The notes beneath the pieces are model-generated. The model had not been told where the DNA came from. It did no database searches and worked only from the letters and a program-made list of their open reading frames with translations. Shown one piece after another: positions 1-10,524 of a stretch of 64,000 bases of DNA. How positions within the stretch are numbered: position 1 is the stretch's first letter; each line of letters begins with the position of its first letter. Source of the stretch: Dehalococcoidia bacterium (GTDB lineage Bacteria; Chloroflexota; Dehalococcoidia; Lucifugimonadales; UBA826); contig JAPYSB010000002.1 of assembly GCA_029936675.1 (NCBI GenBank), forward strand, positions 194,294 through 258,293, in the 5' to 3' direction. The position numbers and the translations under genes are program-made.

Positions 1-1
1 A

Positions 2-1102
<1,101 letters not shown>

Positions 1103-1123
1103 AACCTTAATCAAACGTAGCCC

Positions 1124-2092
1124 TTACACGTACGCTACGACCTCATTCAAAAAGAGATCAAGCTGCCTAGCCTGGTCAAATGAAGCAAACCTCACAATTA
1201 TTGTTTCAGCACCCGCATTTTCATAGCTTTTTATTCTGGTCAAAACCTCTTCAGCGGTTCCCCAAGGGCCCCATCTTTCTTGCCATATATTCACCCCATA
1301 ATATAATTTTAGAAACCGATCTGCTTCCTCGGTCAATTTTTCTTTTCTATCTCCGATATTCACTGTCATATAAAAGCTTTTTTCCAAATTTTTAAACGGA
1401 GTACCTTTTTGCTCACAATACTGGGACACTTTTTTTAGAGCCATCTCATATTCATCTGGAAAATCTGAGATCGATATTATCCCATCACCAAGGAGAACCC
1501 GTTCATATTGTCTTTCCAATTTGGAGCGTCCATGGGCCGCAACCAAAACTGGTACTCCGTTGTTTTGAGGGGAAACTGGTTTAATTGAAATATCTTTTAC
1601 GTCAAAATGTTTCCCGGAAAACGTGACGGTCTCTCCCTTAGTGAGAGGCTTAAAAATTTTGAGGGACTCTTCAAATCTACCAGCTCTCTTTCGAGGGTCC
1701 ACTCCTACGTTATTCCACTCTTGTCTTTGAGCATCATTAAAGGCTCCGCCAACTCCCATGCCCAATACAAGCCTGCCCTCTGATATCAAATCCAAAGTAG
1801 TCGCTACATGAGCAAGCTGAACGGGATGCCTTAAAGAAGAAAGTAACACCGCTGTACCCAGTCGTATATTTTTTGTCCTGGCAGCTATAGCCGATAAAGC
1901 CGCGAAAGGCTCCAATCTCGGTTTTGCAGTTAAACTATCCCCCACCCAAACTGAATCAATACCAGAAGCCTCTACAGCTTCCGCCATATCAACGATCTCA
2001 TCTATATTAGTAGCAGGAACCTCCGTCATCAACAATCCTCTTGTAGGAAGTAACACACCTAATTTAGTCATACTCAAATCCACTTTAACCAA
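1124..2092 (-). CDS. LLM-class (luciferase-like) F420-dependent oxidoreductase
   Basis: 322-aa ORF with luciferase-like monooxygenase TIM-barrel family features. It lies immediately downstream of cofD-cofC on the same strand. TTG start at 2092, alternative ATG at 2071. Confidence 0.72.
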   Translation of the reverse strand: MVKVDLSMTKLGVLLPTRGLLMTEVPATNIDEIVDMAEAVEASGIDSVWVGDSLTAKPRLEPFAALSAIAARTKNIRLGTAVLLSSLRHPVQLAHVATTLDLISEGRLVLGMGVGGAFNDAQRQEWNNVGVDPRKRAGRFEESLKIFKPLTKGETVTFSGKHFDVKDISIKPVSPQNNGVPVLVAAHGRSKLERQYERVLLGDGIISISDFPDEYEMALKKVSQYCEQKGTPFKNLEKSFYMTVNIGDRKEKLTEEADRFLKLYYGVNIWQERWGPWGTAEEVLTRIKSYENAGAETIIVRFASFDQARQLDLFLNEVVAYV

Positions 2093-2098
2093 ATATAT

Positions 2099-2719
2099 TC
2101 AATTAATTCCAACATTCCCTAAGAATCCCTTTTCTCTGCGTTGACATTTTTTTAAATCCTCTGCCGTATCAAGGTCTATAAGTAATCCTGCTGGCCGAAG
2201 CGATTCAAAAAGAATCCCATGGTTTACAGCATATTTGCAATGTTTTCTATAACTATCTGAACCCAGCAAAGGAATCAGTTTAGTTTGATATGGAAAAAGC
2301 ACACAGTTGGTACCACCATCAGACTCAGATGCAACCAACACTGCCGAATCGCCATTCTCTGAGCGATTAATTACTAAGTCAATATCTTCTGAGGTAACAA
2401 ATGGGAGGTCTCCCGGCAAATATATCGTCCCATTACCTACTTGGGTAATCTCAGCAATGCCCGCCGAAACATCGAGATTTAAATCCCCCGAATCTGAAGC
2501 CAGCCAATTGGCACCATTTTGTCTACAAATATCGGCCACTTCAAAGCCGCCACCAATTACATAAACATCACCGCTAGATGAATTCATAGAGGCTTCTAGA
2601 ACTCTTTCCAATAAGGATATTATTAGTGCCTTCCTACCTGGCCCGTCTAAAACCTCAGCCAGCCTAGACTTACCTTCACTAGGGATTTTCATCGGTATAA
2701 GTACAGAAAATTGATCCAC
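2099..2719 (-). CDS. cofC: 2-phospho-L-lactate (or 3PG/PEP) guanylyltransferase CofC/FbiD
   Basis: N-terminus MDQFSVLIPMKIPSEGKSRLAEVL and about 200 aa fit CofC. GTG start sits 4 nt after the cofD stop. Confidence 0.8.
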   Translation of the reverse strand: MDQFSVLIPMKIPSEGKSRLAEVLDGPGRKALIISLLERVLEASMNSSSGDVYVIGGGFEVADICRQNGANWLASDSGDLNLDVSAGIAEITQVGNGTIYLPGDLPFVTSEDIDLVINRSENGDSAVLVASESDGGTNCVLFPYQTKLIPLLGSDSYRKHCKYAVNHGILFESLRPAGLLIDLDTAEDLKKCQRREKGFLGNVGIN

Positions 2720-2723
2720 TTAT

Positions 2724-3653
2724 TTACGCGCTTATCTCTAGTATGTATTCAGCCAATTGTTTTTTGTCCTGATCTGTTTCCATAATAGTCTGAGTTACAA
2801 AGACATCCATTCCCAAAGATTCTATCTCTTTCTTAAGAGCCATATCTTTTTCATCTATAATGAATGTGTTGCAGAGCCCAACGTATTGACGAGCGACTCC
2901 CACTGAAGACACGTCGTGCCCAAGTTCCTTCAGCATCTTTGCAGCAGGGCCCTTGATCGCTTCCCCTTCCACAATGGGGCTAATACCAATTGATTTCCCC
3001 GAAAACGACTCGATCATTTCCTTCATTCCTGGCACTGATAGGATTGGAGCAAGGCTAACAAAAGGGTTTGAAGGGCAGAACACCAGTAGATCCATATCTA
3101 AGATGGCCTGTCTTACCTCAGGGGTAACTGTACAATTTGAGGATCCATCAAAATCTATTGATTTGACAATAGGTTCACACCGATTTTTCACAAAATACTC
3201 TTGGAAACTCATAATCCCATCATGAGTTTCCAACATTGTTTTTATGGAGCTGTCGGTGGCTGGTAATATTTTATGCTCGAGACCCAAAGATTTCGCCAAT
3301 TGTTGACATACCTCTGACAATGTTTTTCCTTCATCTAACATTTTTGTGCGATATAGGTGGGTAGCAAGATCTAAATCGCCCAAGTTAAACCAAGCATCAA
3401 CACCATATTCCTTCAATCTTTCTAAGGTTCGAAAAGATTCACTTGCAAGGCCCCAACCCATTTCAGTATTGGATACTCCTGCTAAGGTATACATCACAGT
3501 ATCAAGGTCAGGAGAAACATGTAATCCATAGAAACGGTCATCATCCGCAGTATTGACTACAACAGTCAGCTCCTCAGAACCTAAAATATAAGAAAACCCA
3601 AGAACCAATTTAGCTCCTCCAACCCCACCTGCTAAAGCAACTACCGATTTCAT
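2724..3653 (-). CDS. cofD: LPPG:FO 2-phospho-L-lactate transferase CofD
   Basis: MKSVVALAGGVGGAKLVLGF N-terminus and overall CofD-like sequence. The ORF track extends to 3707. ATG at 3653 (AGGAG 10 nt upstream) matches the usual CofD N-terminus better. Confidence 0.85.
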   Translation of the reverse strand: MKSVVALAGGVGGAKLVLGFSYILGSEELTVVVNTADDDRFYGLHVSPDLDTVMYTLAGVSNTEMGWGLASESFRTLERLKEYGVDAWFNLGDLDLATHLYRTKMLDEGKTLSEVCQQLAKSLGLEHKILPATDSSIKTMLETHDGIMSFQEYFVKNRCEPIVKSIDFDGSSNCTVTPEVRQAILDMDLLVFCPSNPFVSLAPILSVPGMKEMIESFSGKSIGISPIVEGEAIKGPAAKMLKELGHDVSSVGVARQYVGLCNTFIIDEKDMALKKEIESLGMDVFVTQTIMETDQDKKQLAEYILEISA

Positions 3654-3765
3654 CAGTACTAATCTCCTAACAATTCGTAGACTTTTCAGAATTACTATAT
3701 AGCTCACGCAATATAACTAACATGCTAAAATCCTTTCAATAACGGTTGATTACGACACACTGCAC

Positions 3766-4938
3766 TTGCTTTGGAGAATTCTCATACGCATCTCCCATTT
3801 AAGTCTTCTTAATTTTCGAAATTACGACAATTTGGAACTGGCGCTACCTCTAGGTACGACAGTAATTCAAGGAGCAAATGGACATGGCAAAAGCAATCTG
3901 CTAGAGGCAATCTATATGATGGCCATTGCCAAGTCACCAAAAGTCACCACCGACAGAGAATTAATCAACAAGTTCTCTGTTCTGCAACTCAAACAACAAG
4001 AATTGAGCTACTCTAAAATTGGATGTGTTGCTGAACACACTCAAGGATCAGAAAACTTAGAGATTCATTATAGGTGCCAATCATCACAGAATATTCATGG
4101 ATTCGTTGCACAAAAATTTATACGAATCAACGGTTCTCCCAAAAAATCATCCGAGCTGGTAGGCATCGTTAACGCGGTTTTATTTAGTGTAGGTGATCTA
4201 GACCTAATATATGGTAGCCCTTCGGTCAGACGTAGATACCTTGACATACTACTTTCTCAAGTCGACAAGGAATATCTTCTATCAATACAGCAGTATCAAA
4301 AAGCAAATACCCAGAGAAACCATCTTTTGAGATTAATACGGGACGGTTCCTCTTCGGCAAATGAACTAACGTTTTGGGATCAACAATTAGCAAAAAATGC
4401 CGTAATTCTCACAAGAAAACGACAAGAAGCCGTGGAAATCTTAGAAGGTACATCTCTTCCTTTTCATAAACTGCTGAGCGGTAGCAATGAAAAAATGAAC
4501 ATTCGTTATGCGAGGACATATGATCTCTCTGAAAACATAGATTTAGAAAATTTCATGAATGATCTAGAACGGTCAAGAGGAAGAGATATAGCCCAAGGGT
4601 CTACAAGCATTGGTCCCCATAGAGACGATTTGGTTTTTGAAGTCGATAATATGGAGGCCTCCAAATACGCTTCTAGAGGCCAGTCAAGAACGGCTATTTT
4701 AGCTTTAAAAATGGCTGAATCGGAATTTTTATATACCCGTAGAAGTACAAAACCTGTGTTATTGCTAGACGATGTAATGTCCGAATTAGACCAAACTCGT
4801 AGAGAACAGTTGGTAGAGCACTTGAAGAAACACGATCAAGTTATCATAACTACTGCTGAGCCAAGCAACATTCCAGACTCATTTACAAATAGTTCCAATA
4901 GGTTGGAAGTGATAAACGGTTCCGTAAAAACAATTTAG
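3766..4938 (+). CDS. recF: DNA replication/repair protein RecF
   Basis: ISHLSLLNFRNY, Walker A GANGHGKSNLLEA and a C-terminal LLLDDVMSELD Walker B-like motif. 390 aa. Confidence 0.92.
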   Translation: MLWRILIRISHLSLLNFRNYDNLELALPLGTTVIQGANGHGKSNLLEAIYMMAIAKSPKVTTDRELINKFSVLQLKQQELSYSKIGCVAEHTQGSENLEIHYRCQSSQNIHGFVAQKFIRINGSPKKSSELVGIVNAVLFSVGDLDLIYGSPSVRRRYLDILLSQVDKEYLLSIQQYQKANTQRNHLLRLIRDGSSSANELTFWDQQLAKNAVILTRKRQEAVEILEGTSLPFHKLLSGSNEKMNIRYARTYDLSENIDLENFMNDLERSRGRDIAQGSTSIGPHRDDLVFEVDNMEASKYASRGQSRTAILALKMAESEFLYTRRSTKPVLLLDDVMSELDQTRREQLVEHLKKHDQVIITTAEPSNIPDSFTNSSNRLEVINGSVKTI

Positions 4939-4944
4939 AATTGA

Positions 4945-5769
4945 ATGACAATGGAAGTAAAAAAACAAAAACCAATATCAGATGCTGCCAAAATAATAGT
5001 TCAATCTCGGTATCCTATAGCCTTGATTGGTGCCGGATTATCGGTTGGAAGTGGGATACCAACGTTTAGAGGTACTGGCGGATTATGGACAAAATTAGGC
5101 GAACCATCCAACAACGGGTATGAAAATTTTCTTGCCGATCCTAAAGAATGGTGGGATCAAAATCTAAATGCCCAAATAGATCCTGAAAGAACAAAATTTC
5201 GAGAGGCCATTGAAAAAGCAAAACCAAACCCGGGGCATTTAGCGTTGGTAGATCTTGAAAAAATTTGTGTTTTAAAACACCAAATTACTCAAAATATAGA
5301 CAACTTACATTACATTGCGGGGTCCAAGCATGTAACTGAAATACACGGGAATAGAACTAAATTACGGTGTATCCGTTGTGATATGAAATGGCATCGAGAT
5401 GAGTTTGATCAAATAACATTGGGTTGGCAACAAAACCTACCTCCCAAATGTAATACATGTTTTGGCATCGTGAAGCCAGATACTGTGATGTTTGGTGAAC
5501 CCATACCACTTTCGACCTTATATACTTGTGTCGCTGAAACTAGATTGTCCGACTGTATTTTGGTCATCGGGACTTCAGCAACAGTGTACCCAGCCGCTGG
5601 TTTCCCAAGGGAAGTTTTATCATCTGGTGGAAAGATAATAGAAATTAATCCTGAGGAGACTCCAATATCTGAAGTGGCTACCGCGTCTATAAAAGGCCCC
5701 ACAGAAGATTCTTTGCCAAAATTAGTAGCTGAAATAAAGGAAATTATTGGCAATGACCCTACTACATAA
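4945..5769 (+). CDS. cobB: NAD-dependent protein deacylase (Sir2/CobB family)
   Basis: GAGLSVGSGIPTFRGTGGLW, QNIDNLH, the catalytic HG, and a Zn module CIRC...CNTC. Starts 7 nt after the recF stop. Confidence 0.88.
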   Translation: MTMEVKKQKPISDAAKIIVQSRYPIALIGAGLSVGSGIPTFRGTGGLWTKLGEPSNNGYENFLADPKEWWDQNLNAQIDPERTKFREAIEKAKPNPGHLALVDLEKICVLKHQITQNIDNLHYIAGSKHVTEIHGNRTKLRCIRCDMKWHRDEFDQITLGWQQNLPPKCNTCFGIVKPDTVMFGEPIPLSTLYTCVAETRLSDCILVIGTSATVYPAAGFPREVLSSGGKIIEINPEETPISEVATASIKGPTEDSLPKLVAEIKEIIGNDPTT

Positions 5770-6166
5770 ATCAACAATCCTCGCCGGGCTTTCACACATT
5801 ACAGCCATGTTAGCAGGCCTATTACTGCTCTTTTTTCCAGTAATCAGCGAATTCGAGCAAATAACAGATTCTGGCAATTTCACCCAACAATTCCAGACAA
5901 ATAAAACTATATTTGAAGCGTTGGGTCCACAAGGTCTTTTCGTCATAATATTACCTTGGGTTTTATCTGGGGTATGCATTTTTTCTTCAATAATGGCCAA
6001 GGCTGCCAGCAACGACCCCAAGACCTTGATTCTTAGATGGAAATCCTACTCATGGGCCGTGTCAGTTATTTTTGTAGTTTTTATCCTCGTAAGTATTTCA
6101 TCCGTTGGAATGTTTTATATTCCGTCAGGTTTTTTTGCGATAGCTTCTTCTTTTTATAATCGATGA
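5747..6166 (+). CDS. hypothetical small integral membrane protein (about 4 TM)
   Basis: ORF with four hydrophobic segments that fills the gap between the sirtuin and GMC genes. No recognisable motif. ATG at 5753 is an alternative start. Confidence 0.5.
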   Translation: MAMTLLHKSTILAGLSHITAMLAGLLLLFFPVISEFEQITDSGNFTQQFQTNKTIFEALGPQGLFVIILPWVLSGVCIFSSIMAKAASNDPKTLILRWKSYSWAVSVIFVVFILVSISSVGMFYIPSGFFAIASSFYNR

Positions 6167-6176
6167 GGGGATCAAA

Positions 6177-7706
6177 TTGAAATACGACAAAATTGTTATA
6201 GGCGCAGGCTCCGCCGGGGCAGTTCTGGCATCTCGTTTGTCAGAAAACCCAAATTGTTCAGTTCTTTTATTGGAAGCTGGTCCAGATTATCCAGATTTCG
6301 AAACCTTACCTTTTGATTTGAAACATGGATGGGGAACTGGGCCAGACATAGTTGTCGGCGGTATTCACGATTGGCAATTTACAGGTAGGGCTTCCACACT
6401 ATCAGAAAACATGCCCGTTCCTCGCGGAAAAGTAACAGGAGGCACCAGTGCCATAAATGGCCAGGTTTTTCTACGTCCGCTACCAGAGGATTTTGAAAGA
6501 TGGGTTGAATGGGGCAATGACAGGTGGAGTTTTAAAGAATGCCTGCCTTACCTCCTTAAAATTGAAACAGACCTAGATTATGGCGGCGACTTCCACGGCC
6601 AAGATGGACCTATTTTGGTAAAAAGACACCCCTTTCATTCCTTAACCGATGACCAACTGGCTTTCTACAAAGCTTGTAAATACTTAGGCTACAAGGAGAA
6701 TATAGATCACAACCTGCCGGGCGCAACGGGTGTCGGACCATATCCCCTTAACAACCCTGACGGAATAAGATTCAGTACAGCTCTTGGTTACCTTTCTCAA
6801 AGTAGACATCGCCTAAATTTGACTATCAAGCCAAATTGTGTCACCCGAAAAATCATATTTGATGGAAATATAGCAACCGGTGTTGAAGTGATTAGTGGTG
6901 GTGAAATATTCAAAGTTGAAGGAACAGAAATAATCCTATCTGCAGGTTCAATAGCAACACCTCAAATATTAATGCTGTCTGGCGTAGGGTCAGAAGAATT
7001 ATTGTCCACATTCGACATAAGCGTAATAAATGATTTACCTGGGGTAGGAAAAAATCTTCGAGATCATCCAACAGTTCACACTACATGGAAACCTCATTCT
7101 TCATTCAACAAACCCGAACAAAAAATAGGTCCACAAAAAGTCTCCTTGCGGTATACCTCCCAAGATTCCAAATACCAGAACGACATGATCATGATTATGC
7201 GTTTCAGTCATGAAATAGGTGATGCTGGTGCACTTATGATCTCTGTAGGAATATATCTAGCTGAAAGTGTGGGCAGAATTTCGCTTCAATCCACCGATAT
7301 TCATATACAACCCATTTTAGATTACAACCTATTGAGCCATAAATATGATCTGAAAAGATTAAGGGAAGGGGTTAGGCTTGCTGACAAAATAGCCAAGGCA
7401 CCCAGTTTTACCAATAGTATAGTTGCAAGGCTTTCTCCAGACGAGACCACCATAAATAACGACGACTTACTTGATCGGTGGATGCTGGAAAACGTTTTGA
7501 CTATGCATCACATTTCGGGTACATGCAAAATGGGTCCAAGTTCAGATAAGGAAGCGGTTGTAGATCAATATGGTCTCGTATATGGAACTAAGCAATTGAG
7601 GATTGCTGATGCTTCCATATTGCCAGATTGTCCTAGAGCAAACACTAACGTCGCAGCAATGTTGATAGGAGAAAGAATAGCTGATTTTATAAAAACTGGC
7701 GATTGA
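6177..7706 (+). CDS. GMC family FAD-dependent oxidoreductase (choline dehydrogenase-like)
   Basis: N-terminal GAGSAGAVLASRLSE...LLLEAGP FAD fold, C-terminal HISGTCKMG...ADASILP GMC signature. GAGGGGA SD before the TTG start. Confidence 0.88.
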   Translation: MKYDKIVIGAGSAGAVLASRLSENPNCSVLLLEAGPDYPDFETLPFDLKHGWGTGPDIVVGGIHDWQFTGRASTLSENMPVPRGKVTGGTSAINGQVFLRPLPEDFERWVEWGNDRWSFKECLPYLLKIETDLDYGGDFHGQDGPILVKRHPFHSLTDDQLAFYKACKYLGYKENIDHNLPGATGVGPYPLNNPDGIRFSTALGYLSQSRHRLNLTIKPNCVTRKIIFDGNIATGVEVISGGEIFKVEGTEIILSAGSIATPQILMLSGVGSEELLSTFDISVINDLPGVGKNLRDHPTVHTTWKPHSSFNKPEQKIGPQKVSLRYTSQDSKYQNDMIMIMRFSHEIGDAGALMISVGIYLAESVGRISLQSTDIHIQPILDYNLLSHKYDLKRLREGVRLADKIAKAPSFTNSIVARLSPDETTINNDDLLDRWMLENVLTMHHISGTCKMGPSSDKEAVVDQYGLVYGTKQLRIADASILPDCPRANTNVAAMLIGERIADFIKTGD

Positions 7707-7741
7707 CGAAGGTTTTCAAATTAAAATGCACTATCCAACCA

Positions 7742-8575
7742 TTATCTGAATGAATACTGGCGGATCTTGGACACCACCACTTCCCTCATTTTAGTAATAC
7801 ATAAATTCATCACGGATATCAAATCAGATATTCCCTGATCAACAGCTTCTGACATACCCAATATATATGCCTGCCTTAACTCAGTATTAACATTGAATTT
7901 TGATATTCCGGCATGTATACATTCTGAAATCATTTCATTTGATAGGCCTGAGGCACCATGCATTACAAGGGGTATCTCGGTAGCTTCACGTATTCTATAC
8001 AAACGTTGAAAATCCAATTTGGGTTCTGAGAGGTATTTCCCATGCACATTACCAACACAAATCGCAAGGGCATCAATCGTAGTGCTGGACACAAAATCGA
8101 CCACTTGCAACGGATCTGTCAAAAGTGCCTTGTGATCTTCGATAGTTATATCATCCTCCGTACCTGAAAGCCGGCCTAATTCTCCTTCGACAAAGCCTTC
8201 ATTATTCTTAATTGTTTGAGCACACAATTGGGTAAATTCCACGTTTGCTTGATAGTTATATATTGATCCGTCAGGCATGAAAGACTGAAGACCGAGATCT
8301 ATACCCTCATTAATAACTTCCAAACTACCCACATGGTCAAGGTGAATAGAAACTGGCACCGTGGATAAGTTGGCTGCTTCCAATGCCATAGCAATTAGAG
8401 GCTTACTTCCCCGTTGAAGCGATGCTGGATGCATCTGAATAATTATTGGAGTTCCCTCTTCTTCGGCCCCTTCTATAACAGCTTTTATTCCCTCAAAATT
8501 GTAAACATTAAAGGCTCCGATGGCGACATTTTGTGAATCGGCCCATTTTAAAATATCGAAAGAAGGTGCAAACAT
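7742..8575 (-). CDS. class II fructose/tagatose-bisphosphate aldolase family protein
   Basis: FNVYNFEGIKAVIEGAEEEGTPIIIQ, VSIHLDHV and LVMHGASG motifs. The start is set at ATG 8575 because the track start 8647 would overlap the upstream kinase by 64 nt. Confidence 0.8.
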   Translation of the reverse strand: MFAPSFDILKWADSQNVAIGAFNVYNFEGIKAVIEGAEEEGTPIIIQMHPASLQRGSKPLIAMALEAANLSTVPVSIHLDHVGSLEVINEGIDLGLQSFMPDGSIYNYQANVEFTQLCAQTIKNNEGFVEGELGRLSGTEDDITIEDHKALLTDPLQVVDFVSSTTIDALAICVGNVHGKYLSEPKLDFQRLYRIREATEIPLVMHGASGLSNEMISECIHAGISKFNVNTELRQAYILGMSEAVDQGISDLISVMNLCITKMREVVVSKIRQYSFR

Positions 8576-8583
8576 TTGATATT

Positions 8584-9993
8584 CTAATTCCTCATCCTCA
8601 TTACCACATCTGAAATAGCTGTTGGCCCGCCTACGTTGCCAGGCCAAAGGATTAATTTAGATCCTGGATATTTAGATTCCAGGCCCAATTGCAATACCAA
8701 AACTCCAGAAGAAATTTGCCCAGGAACAGTAGCTCTTTTTATTTTCAAGCCATTGGCAATGATGTTTGAAGAAGTCATCCCTCCTTTAGATATAAGGTAC
8801 CTTGGGGTGATTGTGATACCAGAAACGATTTCTGTTATGGCATCGGTAATAGTTGTCCCTATTCTCAAGTATTCATCAGGAGAAGAACCAGTTATGACTT
8901 CTCGGCTCGTATAAATAACAATATCCTTGGATTCTGCCAAAAGTTTGTTAGTTTGCTCAATTATCGAGATTATTTGCTCTTTGTCATATTGCAGAACTTT
9001 GTGTACATCCAGCTCCAAACCGTACACATTCGGTAGATTTAGAAGATTTTCTAGCTGGGAAGTGCTGCCCGGCACATGAGAACCAACGAGAATGAGTGCC
9101 CCCCCTTCTCTCGTGTATCCCATTTCTTTTTTAGTGAGGAACGATTGTTCCTCTTGTCCAAGCCACGATCTAACAAACGAAGCAGAAGATCGTATCAAAT
9201 AATTTTTTTCGTAGTTATTTTGCAAAGTCAACATTGCCAGAGCCACCACATCCAAATCTCTCATATCGGCTGCATTAACTATGCATATATTGTCAGATTG
9301 CATATTTTGCAGTTTTTTCGCTACCACCTCTGGGCCACCAATTCTGATATCGTCTATCGAAACGCTCAATACATCTTTGGCCAGAACTCTCCCAAGAGTT
9401 TTCTCTTCTATCCAATCACGTAAGTTTGATGATTGGTAGCCAAAGGCAGAATCTCTGGCAAAGGGTGTTTGTCCTACTGGCATCAACATACCTTCATCTG
9501 CAACGTATTGAACATCATCAATCGTGTAACGTCCTCCTTGAATAAAAAAGGGGATGAAGACAATCCCATCATGGGAGTTACCCATTCCCTCAGCCAAAGC
9601 GTCCAATTCTGAAGGGAAGTGTCCACGGAGAGTGGAATCTGACCTAGATATTATCGAGATGGGTATCTTTAAATAATTTTTTAATTGGTCGAATTCTTTA
9701 CCGAGTTTAGTATTTATCTCCACCGCCTCCGCTTCCGTTTTTGCCCTAGTATTGGTCAGCAGAAAAGTTACCTTCTCAGGTTGATGATACTCAGAAAGCA
9801 ACACATCAAGCGACCATTCAGTTAAAAAAGAGGCATTGGCGACAGTTTGGGCTCCTGTCGGATCATCATCCAAAACAAAGACCATTGATGGAGTTCCAGC
9901 CAAAATTGACCTTATTTGCGGCAACAAGTCCTGAGGCCATAGTGGAGGCAAGGAATCCAGAGTTGCTTGAAGTGGCACCGGGTGATGCTGCAT
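8584..9993 (-). CDS. four-carbon acid sugar kinase family protein (DUF1537)
   Basis: N-terminal VLDDDPTGAQT motif, 469 aa, two-domain size typical of DUF1537 kinases (OtnK/DtnK/DenK family). Confidence 0.78.
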   Translation of the reverse strand: MQHHPVPLQATLDSLPPLWPQDLLPQIRSILAGTPSMVFVLDDDPTGAQTVANASFLTEWSLDVLLSEYHQPEKVTFLLTNTRAKTEAEAVEINTKLGKEFDQLKNYLKIPISIISRSDSTLRGHFPSELDALAEGMGNSHDGIVFIPFFIQGGRYTIDDVQYVADEGMLMPVGQTPFARDSAFGYQSSNLRDWIEEKTLGRVLAKDVLSVSIDDIRIGGPEVVAKKLQNMQSDNICIVNAADMRDLDVVALAMLTLQNNYEKNYLIRSSASFVRSWLGQEEQSFLTKKEMGYTREGGALILVGSHVPGSTSQLENLLNLPNVYGLELDVHKVLQYDKEQIISIIEQTNKLLAESKDIVIYTSREVITGSSPDEYLRIGTTITDAITEIVSGITITPRYLISKGGMTSSNIIANGLKIKRATVPGQISSGVLVLQLGLESKYPGSKLILWPGNVGGPTAISDVVMRMRN

Positions 9994-10081
9994 AAATCCC
10001 CTATCTCAAATCCGCTTATACTAATACTTCAAGAAGGCCGATATGAATTTTTGATTAGATTTTTTTAAGAGCATCTGAAAT

Positions 10082-10504
10082 TTAAGCAGGTTCAAACATT
10101 GGAAGTGCAATCTCTCCTTCACCTTGCTCCTGCCAAACTAATTTAACCTTCATACCGATCTGGATATCATCAATTGGATTATCAACATTTATGACATTGG
10201 TCATCATTCTAAAGCCTTCATCTAGATCTACATAGGCCACAGCATACGGGCCTAAATCTTTGAAAGCTGGATGTCTACTCTGCATCACAACACTGTACGT
10301 GTAGACAACACCTTCGCCTTTTGAGGTATTCCAAGTGGTTTTTAAACCACCGCAGCTATTACAGTGGGCTCTAGGGTAAAAAATCAATTTGTCGGTGCAA
10401 TCCGGATTGTCACATGTTTGGTAAACAAGGTTTCTTTCTTTAGTCGCTTCCCAAAATGGTTCGGTGTCAGGTTCTGGAAATCTAGGCTGAGGTCTCAAAG
10501 TCAT
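10082..10504 (-). CDS. Zn-ribbon OB-fold protein (DUF35 family)
   Basis: CDNPDC...HCNSCG rubredoxin-like zinc ribbon followed by an OB-fold-like C-terminus. 140 aa, immediately downstream of a thiolase-like gene, which is the usual pairing. Confidence 0.8.
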   Translation of the reverse strand: MTLRPQPRFPEPDTEPFWEATKERNLVYQTCDNPDCTDKLIFYPRAHCNSCGGLKTTWNTSKGEGVVYTYSVVMQSRHPAFKDLGPYAVAYVDLDEGFRMMTNVINVDNPIDDIQIGMKVKLVWQEQGEGEIALPMFEPA

Positions 10505-10524
10505 TTTATAACTCTCCTAATTTA

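Noticed and set aside
8576-8647. Apparent 64-nt overlap between the aldolase and DUF1537 kinase ORFs
   Set aside because: This is an artefact of taking the longest ORF. The aldolase family N-terminus begins at the internal ATG (8575), which leaves an 8-nt gap.
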